A DNA stretch of 64,000 nt. Origin: Eubacteriales bacterium (GTDB lineage Bacteria; Bacillota; Clostridia; Oscillospirales; CAG-382). The stretch spans positions 3,743 to 67,742 of the forward strand of contig JAZOCR010000143.1 in the NCBI GenBank assembly GCA_045596605.1. The letters are read 5' to 3'. The translations under genes and the position numbers were made by a program. A model generated the notes under the pieces. That model saw only the letters and a program-made list of their open reading frames with translations. It was not told the origin of the DNA and made no database searches. Below, piece after piece: positions 1 to 8,732 of the stretch (the stretch's first letter is position 1; each line of letters begins with the position of its first letter).

Positions 1-223
1 ACGGATACTCCAAACCTTCATAAAGCTTCCAGTCAAGTCCTATAAATTCGGATATGTTGATTTCTTTGTTTTCGGTTTGGTCTTTTACATCATCCTTGAC
101 AGCATCAAGGGTTTCACTTGCGTTGTCTTTTCCCTTTTCGGCGTCATTTTCGCCGAAGGAGCAAGCTCCAAGAGATATGAGCATCAATAATGCCAATAGG
201 GCTGAAAGTGTTTTTTTAGTCAT
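1..223 (-). CDS. Lipoprotein, N-terminal part only (gene runs off the window start)
   Basis: Absent from the ORF track because it is truncated. On the reverse strand, GAGGAGG (231-237) lies 7 nt before the ATG (221-223). The N-terminus MTKKTLSALLALLMLISLGAC is a signal peptide with lipobox LGAC. The frame stays open to position 1. Confidence 0.6.
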   Translation of the reverse strand, partial: MTKKTLSALLALLMLISLGACSFGENDAEKGKDNASETLDAVKDDVKDQTENKEINISEFIGLDWKLYEGLEYP

Positions 224-603
224 AATAATGCCTCCTCGTGTGGATTGGGTTGACTCAAGAGCGTCCTGCCACTGCGATTGATATATTCCTTAAAATAATT
301 GTATCACATGCCAATGACAATTTCAAGATGTTTTGGAATTTTCTTAACCACAGATAAATGATTTGTAAATGTTGACAAAAATTCCAACAGCGATTATGGT
401 GCCGGCAGCTTTGAAAACACCGAAAATGTTAAAACGCCATTTTTATCACAAAAAAGAAAAAGCCGGGGTAAAATGGCGAAACCCAAGCCCCAACATATTC
501 AGTATAACATACTCGAACCAAGTTGTCAATATATGGTTGTGCATTACCTCTAAATTCTGCGTAATAAACAAAAATATTTTAGTAACTTTGTTTAAAATAC
601 ATA

Positions 604-632
604 TTGCAAAACCGGAAAATGTATGCTATAAT
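604..632 (+). promoter_or_regulatory. Sigma-A type promoter (TTGCAA, 17-nt spacer, TG-extended TATAAT)
   Basis: TTGCAA at 604-609, spacer of exactly 17 nt, TG at 624-625, TATAAT at 627-632. No ORF with an RBS follows it. Confidence 0.55.
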
Positions 633-639
633 ATAGACA

Positions 640-1118
640 CAAAGGAAAGAGAGGTACACTCCAATGAGAAAATAAACCTCAAAGCTTTTACGAAAGACAA
701 AAGAAGTTCAGAATCGATAACGGAGCTCTGACAGGGAAAAACGACGGAAAGAACAGGTCGTATTAAGGCTCGGATATGTATAGGCAAATACAGAAATAAA
801 ATATGTATCCGAAAAAAGAAAAACAAAGGTCTTTCAGTAAAAGCAGGACAAATCGCCCTTGCAGGAAAACAGAAAAATCAAACGGATTCCACGTATGGAA
901 AATGAAAAGAAAAAAAGGTTTAACTTTGAAAATCCGGGCAAGAGGCAGACAAAAGAAAGCGAGGATAAAAAAGATGTTAGATATCAAGGAGAGCCGGAAA
1001 TAGCTCCGAACTGTGCGTAAAGAAGCATAGATTCGGAGCTGTTTCCATTTTAAAAGACAATTAACAGAGAGTTTTGTCTGCACGGGAAAATATCCTCTTG
1101 CAGAATTTTTCTTTTTTT
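640..1118 (+). ncRNA. Candidate non-coding transcript or very long 5' leader (purine-rich, ORF-poor)
   Basis: It lies downstream of the 604-632 promoter. My hand count for 641-1000 is about 47% A and 70% purine. Hairpins sit at 771-811 and 887-900. Terminator-like stems at 1002-1040, 1055-1079 and 1078-1103 are followed by a T-run at 1106-1118. I recognised no known RNA family. Confidence 0.3.
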
Positions 1119-1280
1119 GGGGGGAGCTTCTCACGATTATCACATTGCGCACACTTTTAGGGGTGCAATAATTTTGCGCATGTTCAAATCAAGTTAACAA
1201 ATAGGTGATATTATGTTATGTGTGTTATTGTAAAATACCATAAATATGCGTATAAAAAATATAACAGGAGATAAAAAGCT

Positions 1281-2252
1281 ATGATCGAAATTAAAAATCT
1301 CGTCAAGCGTTACGGCGCAAATATAAAGGCCGTGGATAATATATCCTTCAGCGTTAACGACGGAGAAATCATGGGTTTTCTCGGACCTAACGGCGCAGGT
1401 AAAAGTACAGCCATGAACATTCTCACAGGATACCTTTCCGCAACCGATGGCGTGTGTCTTATCGACGGCGTGGATATCCTTGAGCACCCAATTGAAGCAA
1501 AGAAGAAAATAGGGTATCTTCCGGAGCAGCCCCCTCTTTACCTTGAAATGACGGTGCTTGAATACCTCAATTTTGTATATGACCTTAAAAAATGCACCCT
1601 TAACAGAAAAAAGCATATAGCAGAAATCTGTGAGGTTATAAAAATCACGGATATGGCACATAGACTTATCGGCAACCTTTCAAAGGGCTACAGACAGAGA
1701 GTCGGCATCGCCCAGGCGCTTATCGGAAACCCCGAGGTGCTTATCTTTGACGAGCCTACCGTAGGTCTTGACCCGATGCAGATTATAGAAATAAGAAACC
1801 TTATTCGCTCCCTCGGTAAAAACCACACCGTTATCCTCAGCACGCATATACTTCCTGAGGTACAGGCAGTGTGCGACAGAATCGTGGTTATAAACAAGGG
1901 TAAAATCGTTGCAAACGCAACTGCTCAGGAGCTTGATAAGCTTTCCGGTACAACCGGCAGATACAGACTTAAGGTCAGCGGAAATCCGCAGGACGTTCTT
2001 GCGATTCTCCGTAGTATTGACGGCATAACGAAGGCAGAAAAGCTTGTTGAGGAGCAAAACACACCGGACTGCTCCGCATTTATGATTGAATGTGCTTCCG
2101 GCGACGATATAAGAAAATCGGTGTTTTACGGACTTGCAAAAGGAAATATGGCAATACTTTCCTTTGAGCCGGTCAGCGCAAGCCTTGAAGATGTTTTCAT
2201 TTCGCTCGTAGAGCACGGCACGGGAAATGTAAAGGAGGGTAAAAAACGATGA
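1281..2252 (+). CDS. ABC transporter ATP-binding protein (ABC-2 / GldA-like)
   Basis: Walker A GPNGAGKST, signature LSKGYRQR, Walker B LIFDEPTVGLD. AGGAG RBS at 1266-1270. First gene of a 4-gene operon. Confidence 0.9.
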   Translation: MIEIKNLVKRYGANIKAVDNISFSVNDGEIMGFLGPNGAGKSTAMNILTGYLSATDGVCLIDGVDILEHPIEAKKKIGYLPEQPPLYLEMTVLEYLNFVYDLKKCTLNRKKHIAEICEVIKITDMAHRLIGNLSKGYRQRVGIAQALIGNPEVLIFDEPTVGLDPMQIIEIRNLIRSLGKNHTVILSTHILPEVQAVCDRIVVINKGKIVANATAQELDKLSGTTGRYRLKVSGNPQDVLAILRSIDGITKAEKLVEEQNTPDCSAFMIECASGDDIRKSVFYGLAKGNMAILSFEPVSASLEDVFISLVEHGTGNVKEGKKR

Positions 2253-2959
2253 ACGCAATATTTAAAAGAGAGATGCGCTCCTATTTTTCATCTCCTATAG
2301 GCTATATATTTATGGCGGTGTTCCTTGCAATGTCGGGATTTCTCTTTTCCATTATGACCTTTATGTCAAAGAGCTCGTCGGCAAGCGGATATTTCGTATC
2401 CCTTATATTCATTTTTATAATAGTAATTCCGCTTCTTACCATGAAGCTTATGGCGGAGGAAAGAAAGCTGAAAACAGAACAGATTCTTCTGACGTCACCG
2501 GTAAGCCTTTCAGGAATTGTAATAGCAAAATTTCTTGCAGCCTTTACAATGTTTGGGCTTACGTTTATCGTGTCGGTAATTATCAACTTTTTCGTGCTTG
2601 CAAGATTTACTGACACAATAAGCTACGCAGAGGTTCTTGGTAACGTTATAGGTATACTTCTTATAGGTGCTGCCTTTATCGCCATAGGACTGTTTTTGTC
2701 CTCGCTTACGGAAAGCCAGATAGTTGCCGCAATTACCACTATTGCCGTAATACTCGTCATGGTGCTCCTGGATGCAGTGTCCCAGTATATAGGAAACGAC
2801 GCAATTCGTGCAGGAGTAAAATGGCTGGCAATAGCAAGCAGATTTGCCCCCTTTTCAGCGGGAGTCTTTGATCTGTCCTCTATAATTTACTACATAAGCC
2901 TTGCGGTAATTTTCCTTTTCCTTACCATTCGTGTTTACGAAAAACGCAGATGGAGTTAA
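2249..2959 (+). CDS. ABC-2 family permease (GldF-like)
   Basis: ATGA overlap with the upstream ATPase gene. Polytopic hydrophobic protein of about 236 aa with about 6 TM segments. Confidence 0.8.
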   Translation: MNAIFKREMRSYFSSPIGYIFMAVFLAMSGFLFSIMTFMSKSSSASGYFVSLIFIFIIVIPLLTMKLMAEERKLKTEQILLTSPVSLSGIVIAKFLAAFTMFGLTFIVSVIINFFVLARFTDTISYAEVLGNVIGILLIGAAFIAIGLFLSSLTESQIVAAITTIAVILVMVLLDAVSQYIGNDAIRAGVKWLAIASRFAPFSAGVFDLSSIIYYISLAVIFLFLTIRVYEKRRWS

Positions 2960-4468
2960 ATGCAAAAAAGCATGCAGAAAGGAATGACGAAAATGAACAT
3001 TAAAAAAATTACAGGCTCAAAAGGCTTCAGATACGGCTCAGTAGCAGTGGCGTTTTCCTGCGTGTTCGTTGCGATAGTGCTGGTAATTAATATAATCATA
3101 ACGGCTCTTGGTACAAAATTTTCTCTTTACGTGGATATGACGAATCAGGAGTTTTATACAGTATCTCAGGCGAGCAAGGAGCAGCTTTCCGGGATAGATA
3201 CCGCCGTGGAAATAGTATTTTTCCAAAAGAGCGATAAAATTTCCGATAATAGCTATCTCGGCTACGTAAAGCTGCTTGCACAGGAGTACGAAAAGAGCTT
3301 TGACTTTGTGGAGGTAAAGTTCCTTGACCTTATGAGCCAGCCCACGGCATCTAATAAGTATAAGCTTTCAAGCTCTGACTATATTTATTCAACCACCGTC
3401 GTAGTGCATTGTCCTGAAACTCAAAAAAGCAAAATAATCCAGCAGGAAGGCTTTTATACCTTTACCACCGACAGCTCCGGTAATAAAACCGGCGTTTACG
3501 GCTTTAACGGAGAAAAACGCTTTACCGCAAATATACTTCAGGTTACAAGCGACAAAAAGCCGATAGCACTCTTTACAACGGGACACGACGAGACGTCTTC
3601 GGTAAGCCTTTACAATCTTCTCTCAGAGGAGGGCTACGAGGTAGGTCTTATTGATCTTACCACCCATGAAATTCCCGAGGATACACAGCTTCTTATAATA
3701 AGTAATCCTACCCGTGACTTTGCAGGTCTTGCTGCAGAAAACAACGGAGGAACCAATGAAATACGTGCGATAAACAATTACCTTGCCAATGGCTACGGAA
3801 ACGTTATGGTGTTCCTTTCGCCGGAAACTCCCGAGCTCCCCGAGCTTTCGGAGTATCTTTCGGAATGGGGAATCGGATACGACTCCGGCAAGGTGCTTAT
3901 GGACAGTGCATCAAACACCATTGACACAAGCAACCTTCAGATAATTGCAGGCTATTGCGGAGCGTCTGACAGCTACGAATATCAGCTGCATAAGACTGCT
4001 TCCTCAAAATCCGTAAAAATGATAAGCGCACGCAGCACAGTGCTGAAGGCTCTTGACAGCAGTGCCGTTCCGGTTCTCGCTGCATCGCCCTCCTGCGTAA
4101 GCGTTACGGGTGACAATAAGACCGAGCCCTGTGCAAGCTCACCGCTCGTACTGCTTTCAAGCAGATCCAGGTACGTGAACAACCAGGAAGTAAGATCCAA
4201 TATGCTTGTTTTCAGCTCGCCCTACTTCTTTAACAGCGAATATACAAGCACGTCGGTTTACGGTAACGCCGAAATGCTCTACGGAGCAATGAAGCTTTTC
4301 GGAAATAACGCAGTATCAGTGGATATTTCCACAAAGCCCTTTGGCGATACGTCCCTTGATATAACAAACTCTACTGCAACTGCAATGACGGTAGTTATAG
4401 TTGCCGTGTTGCCGGTGATTATACTCGTATTTGGAATCGTTGTGTGGCTCAGGAGAAAATCAAGATGA
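2960..4468 (+). CDS. GldG-like ABC transporter auxiliary protein
   Basis: Third gene of the operon. It has an N-terminal TM, a large extracytoplasmic region and a C-terminal TM (VVIVAVLPVIILVFGIVVWL), the usual GldG-family layout. The start may instead be the ATG at 2993, which follows AAAGGA. Confidence 0.7.
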   Translation: MQKSMQKGMTKMNIKKITGSKGFRYGSVAVAFSCVFVAIVLVINIIITALGTKFSLYVDMTNQEFYTVSQASKEQLSGIDTAVEIVFFQKSDKISDNSYLGYVKLLAQEYEKSFDFVEVKFLDLMSQPTASNKYKLSSSDYIYSTTVVVHCPETQKSKIIQQEGFYTFTTDSSGNKTGVYGFNGEKRFTANILQVTSDKKPIALFTTGHDETSSVSLYNLLSEEGYEVGLIDLTTHEIPEDTQLLIISNPTRDFAGLAAENNGGTNEIRAINNYLANGYGNVMVFLSPETPELPELSEYLSEWGIGYDSGKVLMDSASNTIDTSNLQIIAGYCGASDSYEYQLHKTASSKSVKMISARSTVLKALDSSAVPVLAASPSCVSVTGDNKTEPCASSPLVLLSSRSRYVNNQEVRSNMLVFSSPYFFNSEYTSTSVYGNAEMLYGAMKLFGNNAVSVDISTKPFGDTSLDITNSTATAMTVVIVAVLPVIILVFGIVVWLRRKSR

Positions 4469-5937
4469 TAAAAAAACGACTTAAAACCATAGTTATTCTG
4501 CTTGTGGCAGTTATCGTGCTGCTTGCGGCGTATTTAATTGCAAAACCCTTTGTCTTTGACGAGAGGGAAGCAGAGCAGGCTCTTTACGACGAGGACGGAG
4601 ATGCTCTCGGAAACGGCGGCAGACCCTATATATTCAACCCGATTGAATTTGAAAACGTGAAATCCATATATGTAAACAACTCCTTTGGAGAATATTGCTT
4701 TGTAATGGATTCCGTTTCAAAGAGTCTTGTTCTTGAGGGAAAGGAAATGCTTTCCTTTAACGTAGAGCTGCTGTCCTATCTTTACGTAAATGCATGCGAG
4801 CCTCTTGCAATGGCAAAGCTTGAGGACGCCTCTTCTGACCTTTCAGAATACGGACTTGCCGGCGGCGTTTCTAAGCAATACTATACCGTAACGGACACCG
4901 AGGGTAACCGGAATACCGTTTACATAGGAGACCTTATTCCAACCGGCGCAGGATATTACTGTAAAAATGCGGATAAGCCGCACGTTTATATTGTATCGAC
5001 GCTGATAGATACAAACGTACTTGCAAGCGTAAACGACTATATAGTTCCCATGATTGCGCCGCCTATATCCACAAATGACGTGTATAACGTTGAAAATCTG
5101 CAAATCGTGCATGACGGCGAGCTTCTTGTGAGCTTTGAAAAGGCAGAGGCAGAGATATACAATGCGCAGGATGGTACCGCAAGAACACACGTTATGACCT
5201 ATCCTGCGGGTTATAACGCTTCACAGGATACTCTGAATGCTATTCTTGAAAAGCTGTGTGGCTTGACGGGCTCTGCGGTTGTTGAGTCAGATATTCCCGA
5301 AGAAGAAATGAATGAAATTCTTGAACGTTACGGATTTTTGAATCCCTCACGGGAGCTTATATATACCCTTGGCGGCAAGGAAAACAGAGCGATTTTCGGC
5401 AACAAAACTGAGGACGGTACAGAATACTACGCTCTTAATTTGAGCCAGCAGACGATATGCACAGTTCCCACTGCAGACGTTGAGTTTATCGACTATGAGC
5501 TTATAGATTTTATTGATAGCTTCCTTTTCCGAATGAATATAGACAGCGTTGCAAGCGTTGAGCTGCGAACAAAGAAGCATTACGAAACCTTTGAGCTTAC
5601 CGGAGAGAAAAACGAGCTTTCAGTTATACGCAGCTCCAACAAAGAGAGCATTGATACCAATAATTTCAGACAGCTCTATATGGATATTCTTATGTTAGCC
5701 CTCGACGACTACGCCGATGCTCCGGAAACCCCCAACGAAATTTTAGCATTTACCGTTACAGACCGCAGCGGCACCGCTTATGAGTATCGCTTCTATGATT
5801 TGTCTACCCGTAAGGTGTTCTTTACCGTAAACGGAGTAGGACAGTTCTGCGCAAACCGTGATACCGTTGAGAGGGTAATAAACGACGTTGATAAGCTTAT
5901 AAAGGGAGAGAAAATAACCTCATCCGTGCTTGCCTGA
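4465..5937 (+). CDS. DUF4340-like protein (usual partner of GldG-like ABC operons)
   Basis: The ATG at 4465 overlaps the upstream TGA (ATGA). AGGAG at 4451-4455. Single N-terminal TM (TIVILLVAVIVLLAAYLIA) followed by a soluble domain. The track start at 4444 (GTG) is less likely. Confidence 0.65.
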   Translation: MIKKRLKTIVILLVAVIVLLAAYLIAKPFVFDEREAEQALYDEDGDALGNGGRPYIFNPIEFENVKSIYVNNSFGEYCFVMDSVSKSLVLEGKEMLSFNVELLSYLYVNACEPLAMAKLEDASSDLSEYGLAGGVSKQYYTVTDTEGNRNTVYIGDLIPTGAGYYCKNADKPHVYIVSTLIDTNVLASVNDYIVPMIAPPISTNDVYNVENLQIVHDGELLVSFEKAEAEIYNAQDGTARTHVMTYPAGYNASQDTLNAILEKLCGLTGSAVVESDIPEEEMNEILERYGFLNPSRELIYTLGGKENRAIFGNKTEDGTEYYALNLSQQTICTVPTADVEFIDYELIDFIDSFLFRMNIDSVASVELRTKKHYETFELTGEKNELSVIRSSNKESIDTNNFRQLYMDILMLALDDYADAPETPNEILAFTVTDRSGTAYEYRFYDLSTRKVFFTVNGVGQFCANRDTVERVINDVDKLIKGEKITSSVLA

Positions 5938-6062
5938 TTAGTCGGCAGATAAAACTAATATCAAATTTAAAGCCTTGGCAAAAGCGTAAGCTATGTCAAG
6001 GCTTGCGTTTTATACAATTCGGAATCCTGAATGCGGAGTTCGGAGTTAATAAAATTTATGTT

Positions 6063-6117
6063 TAGGGTGCGACGTCTCAGACGCAACGGATAAAATTGTC
6101 CTCTGAACGATTTTCAG
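6063..6117. repeat. Short intergenic hairpin motifs shared with distant spacers
   Basis: The 14-mer TAGGGTGCGACGTC (6063-6076) recurs at 10476-10489. The 12-mer TCCTCTGAACGA (6099-6110) recurs at 45273-45284. Confidence 0.7.
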
Positions 6118-6325
6118 GTTGCTTTTTTACAATAAAAAGGTAATACATACCCTTACCTGCTTGTGCACAATGAATTTTCAGCGAAAAAAATCTCAAAAAC
6201 CTTTGTATAATTCTCCAAAATTCATATTTTTCAATATTTTTTCAGAGAAATTGTTTAAATGTTCAAAATATCGTGGTATAATCTATAAAATTAAACTTAT
6301 AACGAAAAAGCAAAGGAGTACGAAA

Positions 6326-7828
6326 ATGGCTTACTATTACACCGAACCCTCACGTACATTCAGTGAATATCTTCTTATACCGGGATACTCTGACGCAAAC
6401 TGCATTCCCTCAAACGTATCGCTGAAAACGCCTCTTGTAAAATTCAAAAAAGGCGAAGAACCGGCAATTTCAATGAATATACCGCTCGTTTCTGCAATAA
6501 TGCAGTCTGTATCTGACGATAAAATGGCTATCGCACTTGCGAAAGAGGGTGGAGTATCATTTGTTTACGGCTCTCAGACAATTGAGCAGGAAGCCGAAAT
6601 GATAAGAAGAGTAAAGAACTATAAAGCAGGCTTCGTAACCTCCGATTCAAATATAAGTCCCGATGCAACACTTGCAGACGTTATTGCTCTCAAAGAAGAG
6701 CTCGGACATTCTACAATTGCAGTAACTGAGGACGGAACGGCAAACGGCAAGCTTCTCGGTATAGTTACCGGCAGAGATTACAGAGTAAGCCGTATGGCAA
6801 TGGACGAAAAGGTTCACACCTTTATGACCCCCCTTGAAAAGCTTATCACAGCACCCGAGGGAACAACTCTCAAGGAGTGCAATAATATAATCTGGGATAA
6901 TAAGCTCAACTCACTTCCCATCGTAGACGCAGAGGGCAGACTCCGCTACTTCGTATTCAGAAAGGACTACGACCAGCACAAGGAAAACCCCCACGAGCTT
7001 CTTGATAAGGATAAGAGATACGTCGTTGGCGCAGGTGTAAATACCCGTGACTACGCAGAGAGAATCCCCGCCCTTGTTGAAGCAGGTGCAGACGTTCTCT
7101 GTATCGACTCCAGCGAAGGCTTTACCGAATGGCAGTCAAGAACAATCGCTTTTGTTCGTGAAAAATACGGCGACAGCGTGAAGATCGGCGCAGGTAACGT
7201 GGTTGACGCAGAGGGCTTCAGATTCCTTGCCGAAGCAGGCGCAGACTTTATTAAAATAGGTATTGGCGGCGGCTCTATCTGTATTACCCGTGAAACAAAG
7301 GGTATAGGCAGAGGACAGGCAACTGCAGTAATTGAGGTTGCAAAGGCACGTGACGATTATTTCAAGGAAACAGGCGTATATATTCCGATATGCTCCGACG
7401 GCGGTATAGTTCACGACTACCATATCACCCTTGCACTTGCCATGGGCTGTGACTTCTGTATGCTTGGAAGATACTTCTCAAGATTTGACGAATCTCCCAC
7501 AAATAAGATTATGGTAAACGGAAGCTATATGAAGGAATACTGGGGCGAAGGCAGCGCAAGAGCACGTAACTGGCAGAGATACGATATGGGCGGCGCAGCA
7601 ACACAGTCCTTCGTTGAAGGCGTAGACTGCTACGTACCCTACGCAGGACCTCTCCACGATAACCTTGCAATAACACTTGCGAAAATCCGTTCCACAATGT
7701 GCAACTGCGGAGCACTCTCCATCGCAGAGCTTCAGGATAAGGCAAAGCTTACACTCGTAAGCTCCGTATCCATCGTCGAGGGCGGCGCACACGACGTTCT
7801 TGTTAAGGATTCAAACGTAAACAGATAA
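6326..7828 (+). CDS. guaB: IMP dehydrogenase
   Basis: Start at ATG 6326 after AAAGGAG (6312-6318). Tandem CBS region, and a catalytic loop [12 protein letters not shown] that resembles the IMPDH GSICTT motif. About 500 aa. The longer track ORF from 6119 covers AT-rich promoter sequence. Confidence 0.87.
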   Translation: MAYYYTEPSRTFSEYLLIPGYSDANCIPSNVSLKTPLVKFKKGEEPAISMNIPLVSAIMQSVSDDKMAIALAKEGGVSFVYGSQTIEQEAEMIRRVKNYKAGFVTSDSNISPDATLADVIALKEELGHSTIAVTEDGTANGKLLGIVTGRDYRVSRMAMDEKVHTFMTPLEKLITAPEGTTLKECNNIIWDNKLNSLPIVDAEGRLRYFVFRKDYDQHKENPHELLDKDKRYVVGAGVNTRDYAERIPALVEAGADVLCIDSSEGFTEWQSRTIAFVREKYGDSVKIGAGNVVDAEGFRFLAEAGADFIKIGIGGGSICITRETKGIGRGQATAVIEVAKARDDYFKETGVYIPICSDGGIVHDYHITLALAMGCDFCMLGRYFSRFDESPTNKIMVNGSYMKEYWGEGSARARNWQRYDMGGAATQSFVEGVDCYVPYAGPLHDNLAITLAKIRSTMCNCGALSIAELQDKAKLTLVSSVSIVEGGAHDVLVKDSNVNR

Positions 7829-7845
7829 TTTTAAATAATAACAAA

Positions 7846-7881
7846 AATGCTTCTTGGGAAAAATCTCGGGAAGCATTTTTA
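7846..7881 (+). terminator. Intrinsic terminator after guaB
   Basis: AATGCTTC (7846-7853) pairs with GAAGCATT (7870-7877) and is followed by TTTTT. Confidence 0.6.
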
Positions 7882-7983
7882 TAGAATAGTGCATTTTTGG
7901 TGTGCTAGGGATATCTCACTTTAAATACTCACTTTGTAATGCGTTTTTGGTAGCCAATCAAGTAGCAGTAGCCAAGCCCTATG

Positions 7984-8158
7984 GAGAAATTTTTTCGCTT
8001 TGCGGAAAAATTTTCCCTCTGCTTGTGCGTGGCAGTTGTAATAAATTTCAATCAAGCTACCGTGCGTGCGGGGATAGAGTTGTTAGAGAAAGGGGGTATC
8101 CCCCTTTCTCTAACGGGCATTTTTGGATTACTTTTTGTTGCTCGTGACAAAAAGTAAT
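7984..8158. repeat. Cluster of three strong stem-loops in the guaB-rny spacer
   Basis: First, 7984-8017: imperfect GAAATTTTTTCG / CGGAAAAATTTTC. Second, 8083-8113: perfect 14-bp stem TTAGAGAAAGGGGG / CCCCCTTTCTCTAA with loop TAT. Third, 8127-8158: ATTACTTTTTGT / ACAAAAAGTAAT, which resembles the hairpin at 45295-45326. Confidence 0.65.
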
Positions 8159-8243
8159 ATATTTGCACGCAGATACGAAACTGTGTAAGCTTTTGCTTGT
8201 ATAGCATTACCAACATAAAATAAGAAAAATTAACATATAACAC

Positions 8244-8272
8244 TTGACATTTTCGCATCTTTAGGTTAAAAT
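8244..8272 (+). promoter_or_regulatory. Sigma-A type promoter (TTGACA-17-TAAAAT) about 460 nt upstream of rny
   Basis: TTGACA at 8244-8249, 17-nt spacer, TAAAAT at 8267-8272. Confidence 0.5.
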
Positions 8273-8732
8273 ATCATTATCGGATAGTGTTGCTAATGGG
8301 CAAACTCCCATTTGTTATAAATAACGTCTGCCGGAAACAGGATAGTACAGCAGCGTTAAACCCGATAAAGGACTAATTACTTGCATTGAAAAAGCAGTGC
8401 ATTTCTTATTAAAATATTTTTCTTTATTCTATCCGGCAACGCCGGCTTACATATCTTCGTAAAAACGAAGCTTTTGAAAAAAGCAAAGCACAGGAGCGTA
8501 AAATGCTTTGCAAAGGAAAATTGAATATTATTTTTGTAAGATGAGGGCAAAGAATCAGAACAGATTCAGGAGAAAAGGCCAAGATGTTCCTGCACGCTGC
8601 GAAACACACGTTAGTCGTGTGTATGCTCATCGCAGGTGTATTCGGAAAAAATCCTCGCTTTCTGAAGCTTGACTGACATTTTATGCCTTCGGTGCACCGG
8701 TTTTTCATTGCCGAAAAACTACGGAGGTGCGT

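Noticed and set aside
803-1003. A 66-aa K/R-rich ORF, plus the antisense 129-aa ORF at 763-1152
   Set aside because: There is no RBS. The basic composition is simply what an A/G-rich strand encodes, and the antisense ORF is its F/L/S-rich mirror. I treat the region as non-coding.
640-1118. The idea that the purine-rich transcript is a CsrA-type sponge because it contains about 15 GGA triplets
   Set aside because: With about 47% A and 23% G, the expected number of GGA triplets in 450 nt is about 12-13. The count is therefore not enriched, and the motifs are not consistently in hairpin loops.
6119-6325. A 69-codon N-terminal extension of guaB in the ORF track
   Set aside because: The extension covers AT-rich promoter-like sequence (TTTAAA-17-TGGTATAAT). 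The conserved IMPDH N-terminus begins at ATG 6326, right after AAAGGAG.
8424-8708. A 94-aa minus-strand ORF in the guaB-rny spacer
   Set aside because: It has no RBS or promoter and runs antisense through hairpin-rich sequence. Its composition is not protein-like.
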